From Psilocybe cubensis (lineage: Eukaryota), in the NCBI GenBank assembly GCA_017499595.2, contig CM039004.1, positions 2,108,001 to 2,172,000 of the forward strand: a stretch of DNA of 64,000 nt. The letters are read 5' to 3'. The translations under genes and the position numbers were made by a program. A model generated the notes under the pieces. That model was given only the letters and a program-made list of their open reading frames with translations, was not told the DNA's origin and searched no databases. Of the stretch, positions 34,056 through 48,638 are shown one piece after another. How positions within the stretch are numbered: the first letter of the stretch is position 1; every line of letters starts with the position of its first letter.

Positions 34056-35393
34056 ATGCAAAGCGACGACGTGATTTGGTCTGTAATCAACCACCAGTTC
34101 TGCTCTTACAAAGTAAAGTACGCACTTCCTGAACTGCACGCTGGTATCCGCCTTTTAAAAATCAATTTGCTTCAGAACAACCACACAGAACTTTTGTCGC
34201 AATGAATACAATGTTACTGGTCTCTGCAATCGCCAGTCATGCCCTCTGGCTAACTCTAGGTACGCCACCGTACGAGAGAAAGAAGGTGCCTTTATCCCTT
34301 TCCTACCATATACAAGTTCTCACATCTTCTCCCATCACAAGGGGTTCTATATCTCTACATGAAAACTATCGAGCGCGCTCACTCGCCCGCGCACATGTGG
34401 GAGCGTGTTAAACTATCAAACAGCTACGCCAAAGCTCTGGAACAAGTCAGTCTTCGTGGCTCTAACCTCGTCCGTTCAACCCCAAGCTAAAATCTCGACC
34501 AGATAGACGCGGAACTAATACATTGGCCAAACTTCACGATCCACAAGTGCAAGCAGAGGGTCACCAAAATTACTCAATACCTTATTAAAATGCGACGCAT
34601 GAAACTGCGAGAGCAGTGAGTATTCATTGCGCCATCTGCTCTCAATCAAACATGGCTCATCGTCCACGTTCCCATTTTTCCAGACCAAAACTCATCGGAA
34701 TCAAGAAAAAACTTGACCGTCGCGAAGCCACACGCGAGCGCAAAGCGCTTTCCGCTGCACACCTCGAACGCTCCATCGAAAAGGAGCTCATCGAACGTCT
34801 GAAATCGAAAGCTTACGGCGACGCGCCTCTGAATGTAAACGAAAATGTCTGGCAAGCTATTCTTGACCGCGAACGTAACGGCGGCGAAACAGAGCTCAAT
34901 GCGGCTGAAGAACTTGAGATGGAGGACGATGAGACAGACGAAGAAGACCTAGAGGACGAGATGGAGGATGAATGGGGCGATAGAGAATTTGTGAGCGATA
35001 TCAGTGGGGATGAAGATGACGAAGATGAGCTGAGCGACTTGGAGGGCATCGTTGTAAGTCCACGTATTATATTAATATTGAAATACTTTAACTTTTTTTG
35101 CAGGATGGCGAGGACTCCGAAGAGAACAGTGACAGCGATGCGGAAGAAAGTGACGAGGAGGACGAAGAACCCAAACCAAAATCTGCTCTCGGAAAGCGCA
35201 AAGCGACGGCCAAGCCACAGCCAAAAAAACGACCAGAGAAGAAACCAAAGAGTAAGAGTAATATTGCCTATCTCATTATACACATGTCTAAACAACCTTT
35301 TTGATTTCTACAGAAGGTCCAAGAGTGGAAGTGGAGTACGAACAAGAGACGGAAAGCGTGCCCCTTACAAAATCTGCTTTGGCAAATTGGTAG
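34056..35393 (+). CDS. MAK16: Ribosome biogenesis protein Mak16, multi-exon
   Basis: [65 protein letters not shown], acidic tail, VEVEYEQE. Confidence 0.96.
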
Positions 35394-35697
35394 TCTCTTT
35401 GGTACTTCTCTCCCTTTTGTCCATACTTCACACATACACACATGCATGCACTTATATATACATCCAAATATAGCCCACGGGCGCTGCATATCGAAAAAAT
35501 TATGCAGTGCTAGGGGATAGAAATCGAAAGCTAGCGACAAAGGAGATTACAGGGTCGGTGTGTACATTAAATTGAAACATCGTAACATGAGCGGTGGTGG
35601 GTGGGAGATAGAGTGTGGGGCGACCAACAAGGTCTAAGTGTATATACCTACTAATAAACAAAAAAAGATAGATACCCACTCAAAACATTTAATTCTT

Positions 35698-36770
35698 TCA
35701 TTCCTTTTTGGTAGCCTTTTGACGACGGCGCTCGATGTCTTGCCTTGTCATCCTTGTGCCCAGTAGGATGTCCCAGTGCACAAAAAATGGCTGCGCAAAG
35801 TTCGATTTGATCCCAATGACCTAGGTAAATACGAGCCTGTTAGTAAAGGGGTAGCATGGAAGCGCCAACCAGATGCAATATACCTGGTGATGAATGTCAT
35901 GATAGTCAGCATTGTTGCCCGTCAGCATCTGCAGAGGATCCCAAGGGAGTGAATAACCGCAGTGATCGTCGACGGTCTTCAAGGTGGAAAAGATAAACAG
36001 CAGCATTGCCTGACGAGTACTTAGGCGCGTAGCCCACTCCGCAAGTAGCGCTCCACAGGTGTCAAGAATGAATCCTTCTACGGGATGATTGTACAGCGAT
36101 CCAAAGGCATACGGTACGTAAAGCCTGTGATGCCACGAGTGGAATTGCTTGTAAAGGAATTTATTGTTGTGCATCCCCCGGTGCAGGAAGTACTGCCAAG
36201 TATCAATGATGAAGCTGGTAATAGGAAATCAAATGTCACAAACTAATCCGAAGGGCAACTACTGTAAACAACTCACATTGCGGCCATGAACTGCGCAATC
36301 GGAATCGCCCACCAATACACAAAATTTGATACCCTTGCAAGAGCCCAAGGACTCAACCTGTCACCCAATACCCCATACAGCATTGTGGCGATTCTTCCGA
36401 GCTCCTTGGCATGGTTAGGAGTGTGCACGCTCCCTTCCGAATCCAACCACAGTAACCCCAAGGCTGTCTGGATAATTTGCTGGACAATAACCGCCCACAC
36501 GACATGCGACCTTGACACTAGGTTCTTGGACTTGACCTCTGCCGATTCGTGGATCCTATATTTCTCGAGCCACTTCCAGTCTGACATGTCCAGGTAGTGG
36601 AAGAAGAGAGACAGAGACCAGTAGGCAACCAGGGGCGAAACGACCGTAAGAGCGTAGTCGGAGATGCCATCCAGGAGTCTTGGTTTGGGAGAGAAGTAAA
36701 ATGGAAATGAGGGCTGTGTGAAGCAGAGAGGGTCATCTGGGAGTTGGAAGGGACATATAGTTTTGTTCAT
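35698..36770 (-). CDS. SUR2: Sphinganine C4-hydroxylase (fatty acid hydroxylase/sterol desaturase family)
   Basis: IDTWQYFLHR, HSWHHRLYVPYAFGSLYNHPVEG, KTVDDHCGYSLPWDP, YHDIHHQ His boxes. Confidence 0.92.
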
Positions 36771-37063
36771 GGTGGTGGTCGTCCGAGGCCAAAAGCGGTG
36801 AATATAAATAACCCACTGAATGTTTTATTTTTCAAAATTGCCTTATTTGACATTCCGGTCATGTCCCGGAACATCCAGCGATTCGAGTCACCAAAAGCTT
36901 TACATTGAAAACAAACATAATACAACTGTTCATTAAGATCCCTAGGTGGTTTACAACTTTGGCTTTCTACCGTGCAATAATTAACATGCAAAATATAACA
37001 ATGTGGTGAGAAATGTGTGGATATGAGCAGAAAATGTCCAGGCGCCATCCAGGCGAGGGAAAA

Positions 37064-38372
37064 CTAAGGTTCATTTAGGTTATTCAAGAGCGTAGTAAGG
37101 CATCGCTTCGTGACCATATCACCCTGTTCATTCAAATTCAGTAAGACGGGGTCGAGATTCGCATAAAAAGGGTCCGGAATGCTTACCTTCAACAAGGTGC
37201 TGAAAGTCTGGTCTCTTAGCGGTTCGGGAAGGCAGGCCCTGAGGGCTTCTCTCGCCCTGGACCACCACCATAAGCGACATTTAAAAATGACAACAAAAAG
37301 GGGCGTACCTCAAGTTGTCGCTGAGCCGCAAATAGCAACGGACAACGTGTTTTAATAGTCGAACGGCCTGGGTTTCAACTAGTTGGTTTACCATGTTGCT
37401 GAGGACTGTTCCAACAGCATAGAACCGTTCGTAGGTGTGGCAGATATAAGTGAGGCCGGTCTCATCCAGTAGAATCTTTTGTACAATGAAAATAGCGACA
37501 GTTTTAGACAACTCGGATCCCGTCTCCATGATACGAAGACAGAGAGGTATAATTTCGGTCGATAACAGGAAGTGAATAACGGTATTGTTATCGTTTTGCT
37601 AAATCACATAACAGATAAGATTACTGGGAAATGAAAAGAAAACACCTCGGCTAACCTTGACTAGAGCGCCAATGACTCCCAAAGAAGTCAATCGAAGATA
37701 TTCGAAAGGGCGCGTTTTTGATGTTGTATTGAGAAATGGATACAAGAACAGGGGTATATGGGCTAAGGAAAGTCAGTAGCCACACATTGAGCCAAACTGC
37801 AAGCCCTTACCATTAAGAAAAAGCTGGCGGGTTTCGGTGTGGGATGCTACACACTGTAGTAACGCCAGGGCATTGCATACTCGATTCGAAACATGAGCGG
37901 TCAGATTAGGCGGGGAAAGGAGGGGATACACAGAGACAATTTCTTGCAGCAAAGCAGGCATAACACCTTTCATGAAACGGATCAGAGGAGTGACCCAATA
38001 GCAAGCCAAACCACACATACCGAAGGAATGCCAAAGAATAAGGGCGAGATCATCGTATTGCTCTCGCTTTTTGCTCAACTCCAACAAGGCCCCCTCCCTC
38101 GCAGCGTGATTCATGAGATCAATGACGAGACCGTATATTTTGCCGTCCTCTTGGAGCTGAAGGGCGCCATTGTGGCCGAGACCATTGTTGCCAGGAAAAG
38201 AGGGAGGAAGGCCTTGGGCAGAGGGCGCAGAGGGCGCCGAGAGCGGTGGGGTCTCCGAGAAATTGGACAGCCCTCTGCCATAGTTTGGGAAACCATTCCC
38301 CGGCTGTTGCAGATAGGAAAGTGGTTTGGGGGACAAGAGACCCGCCATGGCGAGCGTGGAGGTGGAGGTCAT
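37064..38372 (-). CDS. RCD1: CCR4-NOT subunit Rcd1/Caf40/CNOT9
   Basis: [71 protein letters not shown]; start could be the ATG at 38348. Confidence 0.96.
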
Positions 38373-38514
38373 AAATCAACCCGTATTTCCAACTCACAGA
38401 CGTAACACCACATGTCACATCACACGTAACACTATTACTCTTACAACCAACTCGAAGAAAGACAAACTAAGCTACCATACAAATAGTACTACAAATGTCA
38501 TATGTCATGTCCAT

Positions 38515-40693
38515 TCACAGACCAGCTGCTCCCTTAAATAGTCCCAGAATTTTGTACTAGAGCAAATGTCAGTGGCCATCCTCGCAAATCCTAATTTAAT
38601 CCGCTTACCTTGTCTTCCTCCGAATCCGCGTACAGCGCCCAGTGTTCGCCGTTCTTGAACTCGACAACGAACGAGAATAAAATAGCCTCGAGGTCGTCAT
38701 AGCCTTCATGCCACTCCTTCAACGCTTTCAATTGGCCCTGCAGAGACACTTCATCCAGCGCGTCTGCCAAGTCCTGGACAACATATCAGCAACATACCAA
38801 AGAAATAAAGAATCCGTGACCGACCTTTGAACTCCTGTACAAAAAGATGCTCCCTTTCACAAACTTGTAGTACCGTCGTTTCCACGAGAGTCCATCTTTG
38901 CTTTGAATGGTAACCCAGCCTGCCTGTTCCGACTCCATCGAAACGCTTTTGAATTTCGCCTCGGCCTTCTGAATTCGCTTCTTGCGCTCTAGCTCTTCTC
39001 GTTGTTTGGCCTCCTCCGCCCGTCGAGCGGCGAACTCGGTCTGTCGAGCCTGCTCTTTGCGCCACCGTTCCAGCCGTCGGTGCTCTTCCATCCTCTTTTC
39101 TCGGTCTTGCCTCCTGCGTTCCTCCAATTCCTGCCGGCGTCTTTCCTCTTCTTCCTTCTCCATCTGCTCCTTCCGTTTGCGCTCAGTAGTGACCCTCCGC
39201 AACTCCCGCTCAATCTCAAGCCTTCTGCGCGCCTCATATTCAATCACTTGTCTTTCCATCTCTTCTTTCTCTCGCCTTATACGCTCCAGTCTCATCTCCT
39301 CTTGTTGCTGTGCCTCCTTGTCCTCTTTCTCTCGCTGCAGCTGAAGTTCTCTCCGTTTCCTGGCCCGTTCGCTGGGATCATTTGGCCTTCCTCCGTCGAG
39401 AGACCACTTTCCTTTCAACGGAACAGCATATGGCTCGACCTCCACGACCACATTGGTCGAACCTTTCGAATGCGAGACGGTCGCATGCTCCGAAAGGCTC
39501 CTGGGTCTATGATACGTTGCCGCGGCCCTATTCGAAGCAAACGGCGATGCAGGTGGGGGCGAAGAACGTGACTCCCCGACCGGCGGGGCATAATATACAG
39601 CATTGTCTTTCGGCGGGGTAGGCGGCGGCATGTCGGCGCTATCCGAAGAGTCCTTCTTCTTCCTGAGGAAGTTGCTGAAGATGTTCCCCCCAACGCCTTT
39701 CGGTAAAGGCGGGACGGGCGGCACATGTGGTGGCTCGATATGAGGCGCGTAGGTTGCTCCGAAGGATCTCCGGCCCATGTCTTGAGTCAAATCTGGCTGA
39801 CTGGGTGCTCGGAGGGGTTTTAGTTCAGGTTGGCTGGGTGCACGTAGGGGCTGTAAAGGACGGAGAGGTGGTGCGATTTCGTGACGATCACGTTGCTCTG
39901 GCGGCGGTCTGTTGGTTGAATCAGCAAGATGTTTGGGGCGAAGGGGGCGAAGGGGTTCAAGAGGGGTCACAGGTGCAGGTTCGCGTTGCTCTAGAGATAG
40001 TTTGTTGGTAGCGTGAACGAGAGTAGTTGGAGTAGTTTGGCTGGTGGGAGATGCAAAGGCAGTATCGGGATTTATGATCGCCTCTCGTACATTGTCGGCT
40101 GTTATAAGAGAAAGGCTATCCACAGTGAAGATACTCTGGTGACGCTGCAAGGCAAAAGACAATTGAGCAAAGGCGGGACAATAAGGAGTCGTTGCAACGC
40201 ACCTTAAATATTCCCCCAATACGTCGCGAATGCACCAAGGCCCGTGCTAACAGAGGATGACTTGTCAGCCATCCAGCACAAGACGAGAATTGGAGAAACC
40301 GACCTCTTTTTACCCCAGATACAGTGGTAGGGATATAGTTTATGATAATATAACCGGGGTCAACATCCTCTTCTTCCCGATAGAACGCAATAAACACTTT
40401 GTTCAAGTCCGACAACCTAGTTTTCATTTCTTCCAGTCCTTGACTACCATACGAATGCAGGCCCAGTTCATCATACTGGTCAACAAGAGTTGAGTTTCCG
40501 CTTCAGAAATACAAGCCACTGATCTCACAGAGTCGTTGATATAATGAAGAAGCAACCTGTGACAGAGAGATTGTGTCAACGGGGATCCAATAAGCGCGAA
40601 GAAAATGACAGTGACTGACCAATTATTCTGGTTGTCGAGTATTGATGTATACACTGCCATGATAGCAGCGGGATCTGACATGTTGAGAGACAT
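38515..40693 (-). CDS. ADF-H (cofilin-like) domain protein with proline-rich region, charged coiled coil and C-terminal PH-like domain
   Basis: N-terminal WLLLHY...GLEEMK...INYIPTTVSGVKRARALVHSR (ADF-H type); E/R/K-rich helix; AGWVTIQSKDGLSWKRRYYKF (PH). Confidence 0.75.
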
Positions 40694-40975
40694 AATTACA
40701 GACAAGGTAAGCCACCAGGGCGCAGAGAAATGGTATATGTTGAAAGAGAGCTAAAGGAAAGGCCTGCAGCTAAGCTTTGGTATCACAGTCGCATCAAAGG
40801 GGACAATGGGGATAGGTAGAACAATGGCTGGGCGGATGTGCCAAATATATCACACCACCAACAACATACAGCGTCTTGGCGACGATCCCGCCCTGCCATC
40901 GACGACGTACTGCATTTCAGTCCAGCCTGATGATTTTGAATATAATCTGTTCCCTCTCTTCCCCAGACCATCGCC

Positions 40976-42817
40976 ATGTCTCCTGTTCATGCTCTTGACC
41001 GCTATTATCTCATTTTGACCCTGCTGGTCACTATTGGATACCAACTCTCAGGATTCGCCATTGCATGGAGTCTGCAGTTCGATAAGATCACTGATTTTAC
41101 TGGAGGTGCGTCCCTCTGCATCGCTTCCGTCATGATACACAGACTGAACAGTCCGCCCTGACCTCCAGGATCTAATTTCTTTCTTCTAGGTAAGCATTCA
41201 ATCTATTCCAAGGGCATACCATACTCATAGAAATCCCATAAAGCTCTACTCACTTTGTTAGCCGGAAACACTTTCTATGCCAGAAATATAGGTCATTTCT
41301 CCCCCGTTCTCTTCATCATGATCATCTGTTGAATCAAATCTATGTCTGCAGTTGCCAGTGTGTTAGTAATGCTATGGGCGGTCAGAATCGCCGGTCAGTA
41401 GTGCGCTGTCCATCTCGGGAGCCAAACCCAAATCAAGTGCAACAAGGGTCCAAATCACTCATCTAGCCTCAACATCTAGGGTTCCTCCTCTTTCGTGTGC
41501 TCAAAATGGGTAGCGACAGTCGTTTCGACGACATCCGCTCTCATTTCTGGAAGTTTTTAGGTCCGCCTTTTCATCGACCTTGATTTCTAGTCTTGAACCA
41601 AACACTGACTATGATCATCATCCAGGGTTTTGGATCGGTGCGTCCCGGCGTTTCATCGCTGTTAACCACCATGACATTAAATTGAATACCGCCATAACTA
41701 GGTCAAATACTCTGGGTTCGTTGCCATCCACAAAGGTCTAAAGCGAGCATCGAAACTAACACTTTCACGAGAAGATATGGACTGTCTCGCTGCCTCTCAC
41801 GATTTTGAATTCCCCCGGAGTATCTGAATTGCAGAGAGGTGGGTCAAACCCAAAGTTTGGAACCTCCAGAGACATCGCGGGTATTGTGCTTTGGGCGCTT
41901 GGCTTCTTGATAGAATCCATCGCGGATGCCCAAAAGGTACATATCACTGCAAATGAAAAATCCCATCCGGTTTTCATACATCTCATACGCTTCATTCAAT
42001 CTTAGTTTTACTACAAATCTCGCAAAGTGATACCGAAAGGCCAGCCCACCAATGTGACTTCGCGCGTATTCATTTCGCTTCTTCCCAGTGTCATCTAACA
42101 CCTCCTTTCGTATTCCAGAAAGGACTGTGGGCATGGTCTCGCCATCCACCCTACTTCGGCGAGTAAGCACACCACTCTCATGAGTCTGCTCCTGATACCC
42201 GAAGTCGAAACTCACGAATCTGCCAGAATAATATGCTGGTGGGGCATATGGATTCTATGCCTATCCCCAACGACCAACGGAAACCTTCCTTCTTCCTCCC
42301 GTGCAGCACAATACGGGGCCATCATGTCCCCAATCTTCACCACGTTGTAAGTCCGCTTTACTCCACCCACTTCCGTTCCGTCTCGGTGTTTCTCAGAAAA
42401 ACGATCGTCAAAATTTTCTAAAACCAACCCTCTCATCGTCATTCACACATCTCACTGACTTTGCACCACCACTTCTTCCTTCTTTCAACCATATTCTAAT
42501 GACTCACACACAGGCTTCTCATGTTCGGGTCAGGCATCCCAACCGCAGAAAAGCCCACCGCGAAAAAGTTCTACCTTCTCTCCCATGGGCCCTCCGAGTC
42601 CACCACTAGCAGCACCGCTTCCGATTCTCACATCTGGGCGAATTACAAGGCATACCTCCGACAAACATCCATCCTCATACCCCTCCCCCCGTTCCTGTAC
42701 CGTCCTCTCCCGTCGTTCATCAAGCAGACCGTTCTTTTGGACTTCCCCATATACCGGTTCGACGAGTCCTCGGACGGTGTGGCGGCCGTGGAAGAAGCAC
42801 GACGCGTGGAGCAGTGA
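40976..42817 (+). CDS. DUF1295 / steroid 5-alpha-reductase-like membrane protein, about 12 exons
   Basis: FDKITDFTGGSNF, GSDSRFDDIR, IESIADAQK, GLWAWSRHPPYFGE, SGIPTAEKP. Confidence 0.88.
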
Positions 42818-43360
42818 GAAATCCGTGACCGTGATGTCCTGAACTCTCTTGCTCGCGTGCCTTCTGTAGCACTCTATACCGAATACCGTTCTTTTGGTGG
42901 AGGGTACAAATCCCATAATTAATTTTTTCTTTTCTTGTCCTGACGTTTCATGATCGATGTTTCGCCGGCTTTTTTGCACCTGGCTTGGGCACGCAGACGA
43001 TTGATCCCACCTACGCCACACATCTACCCACATATAGGCCTTCGCGGAACGGGACCTCCAAAGGCATTGAAACACAATTAATATTAAAAAGGAGTGCAAA
43101 GGAATCTACGAGATCTACTATTCATTTAAAGCGAAACAAATAACCAAAGTCTAAGCAACAATCTAAAGTGAAACGCGTCTAATACAGAAAAATCCAATAA
43201 TTGTCCCAAAAGAATCTCTAATATCCTAACCAATCAAAACAATCAAAGCAGTACAGTTGTAAACAAGGTAAAACGACATTAAGCAAGGTATCGGGCATCT
43301 ACAAAAAATTATTCTAATAAAGAAAAAGTAAAGGTTATCTCAAGCGCAATTGCTCGCCGT

Positions 43361-46300
43361 TTAACTGTAACAGAAAAGTTAGTAGCGTAACAGACCTAAG
43401 ACAAGGGCGAGAACAAACCAAGCGGGGACAGTCAACGGGATTCTAACAGTTGTCTATACAAGCCAATCACCGCCAATAAGCCCTACATGCCCACAAACAG
43501 ACAGATCGCTATACGCACCGCTAATCCCTAAAGGTCATAAAAAGAAAAAAAAAACAAAGTCAGCGATAAGCATGAGACCGCCAAAAAAGAAAAAATCCAT
43601 GTGCATTTAAAAATAGATCAAAGCGCATTATAGCGGGAGCGGGAGCACCAACAGAGCAAAGAACACCCCAGAAAATGCCCCACACCACCGGAAGAAAAAA
43701 ATGCATGTGTTCCATTTCCACGAACACACACACGGCCCCTCCCTCCTTACAGTTCACATGATCCGTGTTTCCAACAGAATCACCCAAAAACCACCAAAAA
43801 TCCAAAATCCAAAAAAACTGCCAACTGACAGCAAGACTTACCGAAAGACTGGTTTCCTTATACTTGACACTCATGTCCGCCGCTGTCACTCGCATGGCTT
43901 CGATAGCTTCGTCCAGCGTGACACTATACACTCCATCGCTCGCCATCGAGAGTTGAGCCGCTGTGACAGCCTTCACGGCTGCAGAATGTAACACAAACAG
44001 AACCCAGTCAGCGCACAATTCATGAACCAGAAAACACCATCACACGCAAGAAAAAACTCCGCAATCATACTCTCACTCTCCCAACGATCAAAAAAAAAAA
44101 AAAGAAACAAACAAATAGAGAAGAGATCGAGCCGAATCCGAATCGAACTCCTTGGAAGGAGAAAACGAAGCGAACAAAAAAGCCACTCACCTCCCAAACT
44201 GTTTCGTTCCTAGCATAACAAAGAATTTAAAAAAAGGAGAAAGAAGTTAACCAAACTCGTCATTCGACACTGAAAAACTCATGATACAGTTACACTTACA
44301 ATACACGGAACTTGCACCAGACCATCGATAGGATCACACGTCAGTCCCAGATTATGCTCTATATCCAGCCATCATCCAAATCAATTACATCTCAAGTCAG
44401 TCCACAAGTCAGTCGTCGACATCACCCCTGCACTAAAAACGTGCATTCAGGGTAGAAAGAGGAAAGTGAAACGCACCGATCCCTATCTCTGCAGCCTAAA
44501 AGGTTAATTCGTGAGAAAAAAAAGATAGGAAATCAGAACACGGCACACTCCCAAAAGCACCCAATGAAAAAAAAGGTACACGGACCTGAAGTACAGTCTC
44601 CGGAGACGCTGTTTCATTAAAAAGTACAAACGAAAAAAAATTAAACGTAAGTACAAAATACATACCACAACCCACGAAGGCTGGAAAAAAAGAACACGAA
44701 AAAAAAACCACGATATCGTGGACGTGGGACGCACCTCCCATGCACGCAGCAAAACCCGCACTAGCCATTGAACAAGCGACTGATGGAAACACCCAGAAAA
44801 AAAAGCATCATCAGAAATCCACGACAGGCTTGAGCTAAGCGAGAGAGAGAGGACACGACATAGTGCAGTGACCCACCTCCAACTTCAGCCTGACAGCCGC
44901 CCTCAGCAGCCGAAATCGTACTGCCTCTCTTGAACAGCATTCCAATCGCCTAACCATGATCACAACGATCATCATGATATCAAAAAAAGAGAGAGAAAAG
45001 CAACACCATCAATACTCTAATCACATCTCTCAATCTCGACACCAGGCAAAAACCGGAAACGTACCGAAGCTGTCAACAAAAACGTCTGTACGCTCTTCTC
45101 AGGATCGTCACTAACAAACTATACATTGCCCACCCCAAAATGGCAAACCAAGGTAAGAAACCAGAGCAAAGAAGAACGTATCAGTCAGCATAGACTCAAA
45201 AGCATAAATTTACCACTATCGATCCGAGACTCAATAATACAAAAAAAGCTCTCAAGCCACAAGCTCCGAGAAACATACGAATGACAACGAGTGACATGAA
45301 AACCGAAAACCGTGCACGCAGAAGCGACGCAAGGCAAGAACAAAGCAAAACGGAACATAGTCGAGACGCAAAACGAAAATCAACCACTCACCTCGACGAT
45401 ATACTTCAACACCGCCGGGATGACACCCGCAGCCCCATTCGTCGGGGACGTGACGATGCGGCCTCCGGAGGCATTAACTTCATTAACGGCGATCGCATAA
45501 CATGACAGAAAATCCATCGCGGGAATAACGGTCCTTCGCTGCACAAAAATCACCAAAGCGTGTTAGTAATCTTGACAATCGAGGTAATAAAAAAACCGTA
45601 ACGTGTTTCGGAGTCGGAGAAAAATGTATAGAAAAGGAAAAAACACGAGTATCATCAGAAGCAGAACAGGATCATCATCAGAAAAAGAGTTGGTTAATCC
45701 GTATCAGTTATGAGAATCAGTGAAATCAGCGAAAAGCCGAAATGCGAACCAACATGTGCGTGTGTGAAGCCCAAAGGTTAGATGTGAAGTGAGAAGGGTA
45801 AAGAACCCAGTCAACCCAAGTCAAACTCCGAATCAGGACACCAAACGCAAAACGGGTTCAGATTCAGAGAAGAACCAACACAGCCAAAAAAGAAAAGAGA
45901 GGTAAGAATCTCCGAATCAGAAAAGCAAAATGCAAAAAGGCAAAACACAATCAAACCACCAAGTCCAAAATGAAAAGAAAAGCACACTCACAGGAGGCAT
46001 AGGCAAAATCGCATGATCAAACGATCCAGTGACCCTAGGAGGCGCTGTCGCACGCTGCGATTTTACTTCTCGCGCGCCCTTGAAGCCACCACCGCCCATA
46101 TTGGCACCGTACGACTTCCCATTCCCGTTACCGAGGCCCAACTCCGAATCCTCAACACCCACAGCCGCCCTAATCCTCGCCATCTCCTTGTCTGCCTCCT
46201 CCTGCGCATGTTTCTCAGCCGCAGGACCCCCAATAGCCTCCGCACCCGCCTTTACCTTTGCCCACGCATCCCCACCCGCAATCTTGGGGTTCTCGTTCAT

Positions 46301-48638
46301 CGGCGCAGACACACCCGGATAAAAACTACGACGAGAATAAGAATCAGATAACACAAAACACACACCAAACGGGGATAATAACATTCATTTGAGCACGGTT
46401 CGATTCAAGTTTGAAATAATGGGAGTTTTTAGAATTAGAAAATTAAAGAATGAGAAGAGAAGTATGTTGGATTTGAAGGCAAAGAAAGTCGAAGCAAGGT
46501 CGCCGGGTGATCGCGCATTGTGCATCGCACACAGCGACCGAGGATCGAGAATCAACGAATGGCAACACCCAGACAATCGGAAAGATTGCACGCAACAGAT
46601 GAAAAAAACATAGATGATCAACACAAAAAAAATTGCGGATGCAGATGCAACAGTCCGTAAACAAGCAGAGCAGAGCAGGAGTGTGTCATCCGTGTCCCGT
46701 CCAAACGCAACGCAACGCAATACATCACTCAACACCAAGATCAAGAAACCAAACCAAGAGAGCAAAAACACAACAAAACGAAACGAAAGAAGCCCCAACA
46801 CGGAGCAAAGAAGACAGTCGAAATATTGGAAAAGCGCCTGCGCCTCGAGGCTCGCGGCTCGCGGCGAGTCATGATCGACCTAGCCGAGATGGACTCGACT
46901 CGGGGAGCGGAAGCAAAGCGCGAGGACGGCAAAGCGAGGTGTTATGGAATGTTACGCCCTTGCTTAGCGCTCGCCCCTACTTGCCTGCATACACAACGCG
47001 AAATTGAAAAAACACAAGATCATGTCATATTTTCGCATAAATGCGAGACCTCGAGGCCAAGGTTTCCATTAAACGTGAAGCTCGAGACTCGTTTACCCGC
47101 GAACATTAGCAGTGACGAGCAACCGTCCAAGTCGGCAACACATCGGGTAAAAACCAGATCAAAGACAAAACGCGCATGCCTCGAGGACGGCGGCACTTTT
47201 AATCACGGAAGAAAAAGAAAAAGAGACAAAAGTCGAAAAACAAAAAGCGCAACTCACCCGCGCATCAACCGCCTGTACAGCATGGGTGCGCGCCTTCTAA
47301 GTCCAAGGCGGCCCGGGAGGGTCGTCTCGGACGTCGAGACGCCTGTGCGGATGCACTCGTCCATGACTTGCCAGATCCTCATAATCTGCATGCGATGTGG
47401 GTGGATATATGCGGTGATTAGGGAATACATACCTTGTTTTGGATGTCCTCGTCGGTGTATCCAAAGTGTTTCTAGATAAATGTCAGAGATTTAGTTGTTG
47501 ATCTTTAGGCGTCCGAACCTCGTTATCGTGCACGATTTGGGCAATCGTCATCTGTGTACAATGTAAGAGTAGAAAAACTAGTCGATTAGAACACGCACGT
47601 TATGTTTCTTGGTCAAGGCGAGCAGCGAGTTGCCGCTGTCAAATGGGTACGGGGGTTGTCCATCCTCTATCTCTACAGTCTCAGTACCAGCGACATTAAA
47701 ATCCGCAACGTCCGAATCAGGTACAGGAGTGTCTGGCTCAGCAATCAAGTGGGTCTGATGCAAACGCGCGCCATGGACCTTTTTCTTGTCGACGCCCTTG
47801 TAAAACAGATTCTCGTCGACCTTTGTCTTTTCATTGACGACAAAGCCGCCTCCAACGCTAAAGTACTCGTTGGTGGCGACGAGATCACCGTTGTGATCAA
47901 AGGCGCTGAAGCGCATGCCGTTGGGGTGGGTCTTGAGGACCTGGTCCCAGCGCCAAAGCATGTCGCGGTCCATGTCATACGAGATGCGGTGGTGACCTGC
48001 GAGAAAGAGGGTCTTGTTCTGCAGGATGCCTTGGTAGCGGGCTGGGATGGTGCCGGTGTCGATGGTCTCTGGATCAGAACCTGGAAGGGCATTAGATGAA
48101 GACGAGGGTGAGGAGGATGAGAGGACCTTCTAGGCCGAGAAGGATAGCTTGTGGGGTGTGATGACTGTTGGACAATTGAGGAGCTTGTTTTGCATTCTAG
48201 GTAGACACGCACCCTTTCCCTAGTCGAATAGTTAGTACACAAATTATGATAAAACGCGAAACACGCACCTGTCGCGGCTAGTGAGCCGTACCTGGTAGGA
48301 GATTAGGACGAGACTGAGATGGCAGAGGAACACACACAGGTTGATCTTGACTGTCTGGACCTGTTTTTCATTAGCAGATGAGATGAGACGGCAGACGAAA
48401 CGAATACCTTGTGAAGCAAATCGAGGTCCTTGAGGTCAGTGATAAAGATATTGGCGGCGCGCATGGGACCGACGGTGTGCGAAGACGAGGGCCCGACTGG
48501 TCGGGGTCAGCAGAGATCGAGGAAGAGAGAGAAAGGCGCACCGCCGATGCTGAAGAGATCAAAGGTGGAAATGACAGCATGGTTGGCAGTGGAAAAGGCG
48601 CGTCTTGTTGACAGCCTGAGGGTGGAGAAGAGGGCCAT
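43361..48638 (-). CDS. sdaA: Iron-sulfur-dependent L-serine ammonia-lyase (SdaA-type), about 23 exons, likely mitochondrial presequence
   Basis: [110 protein letters not shown]. Confidence 0.93.
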
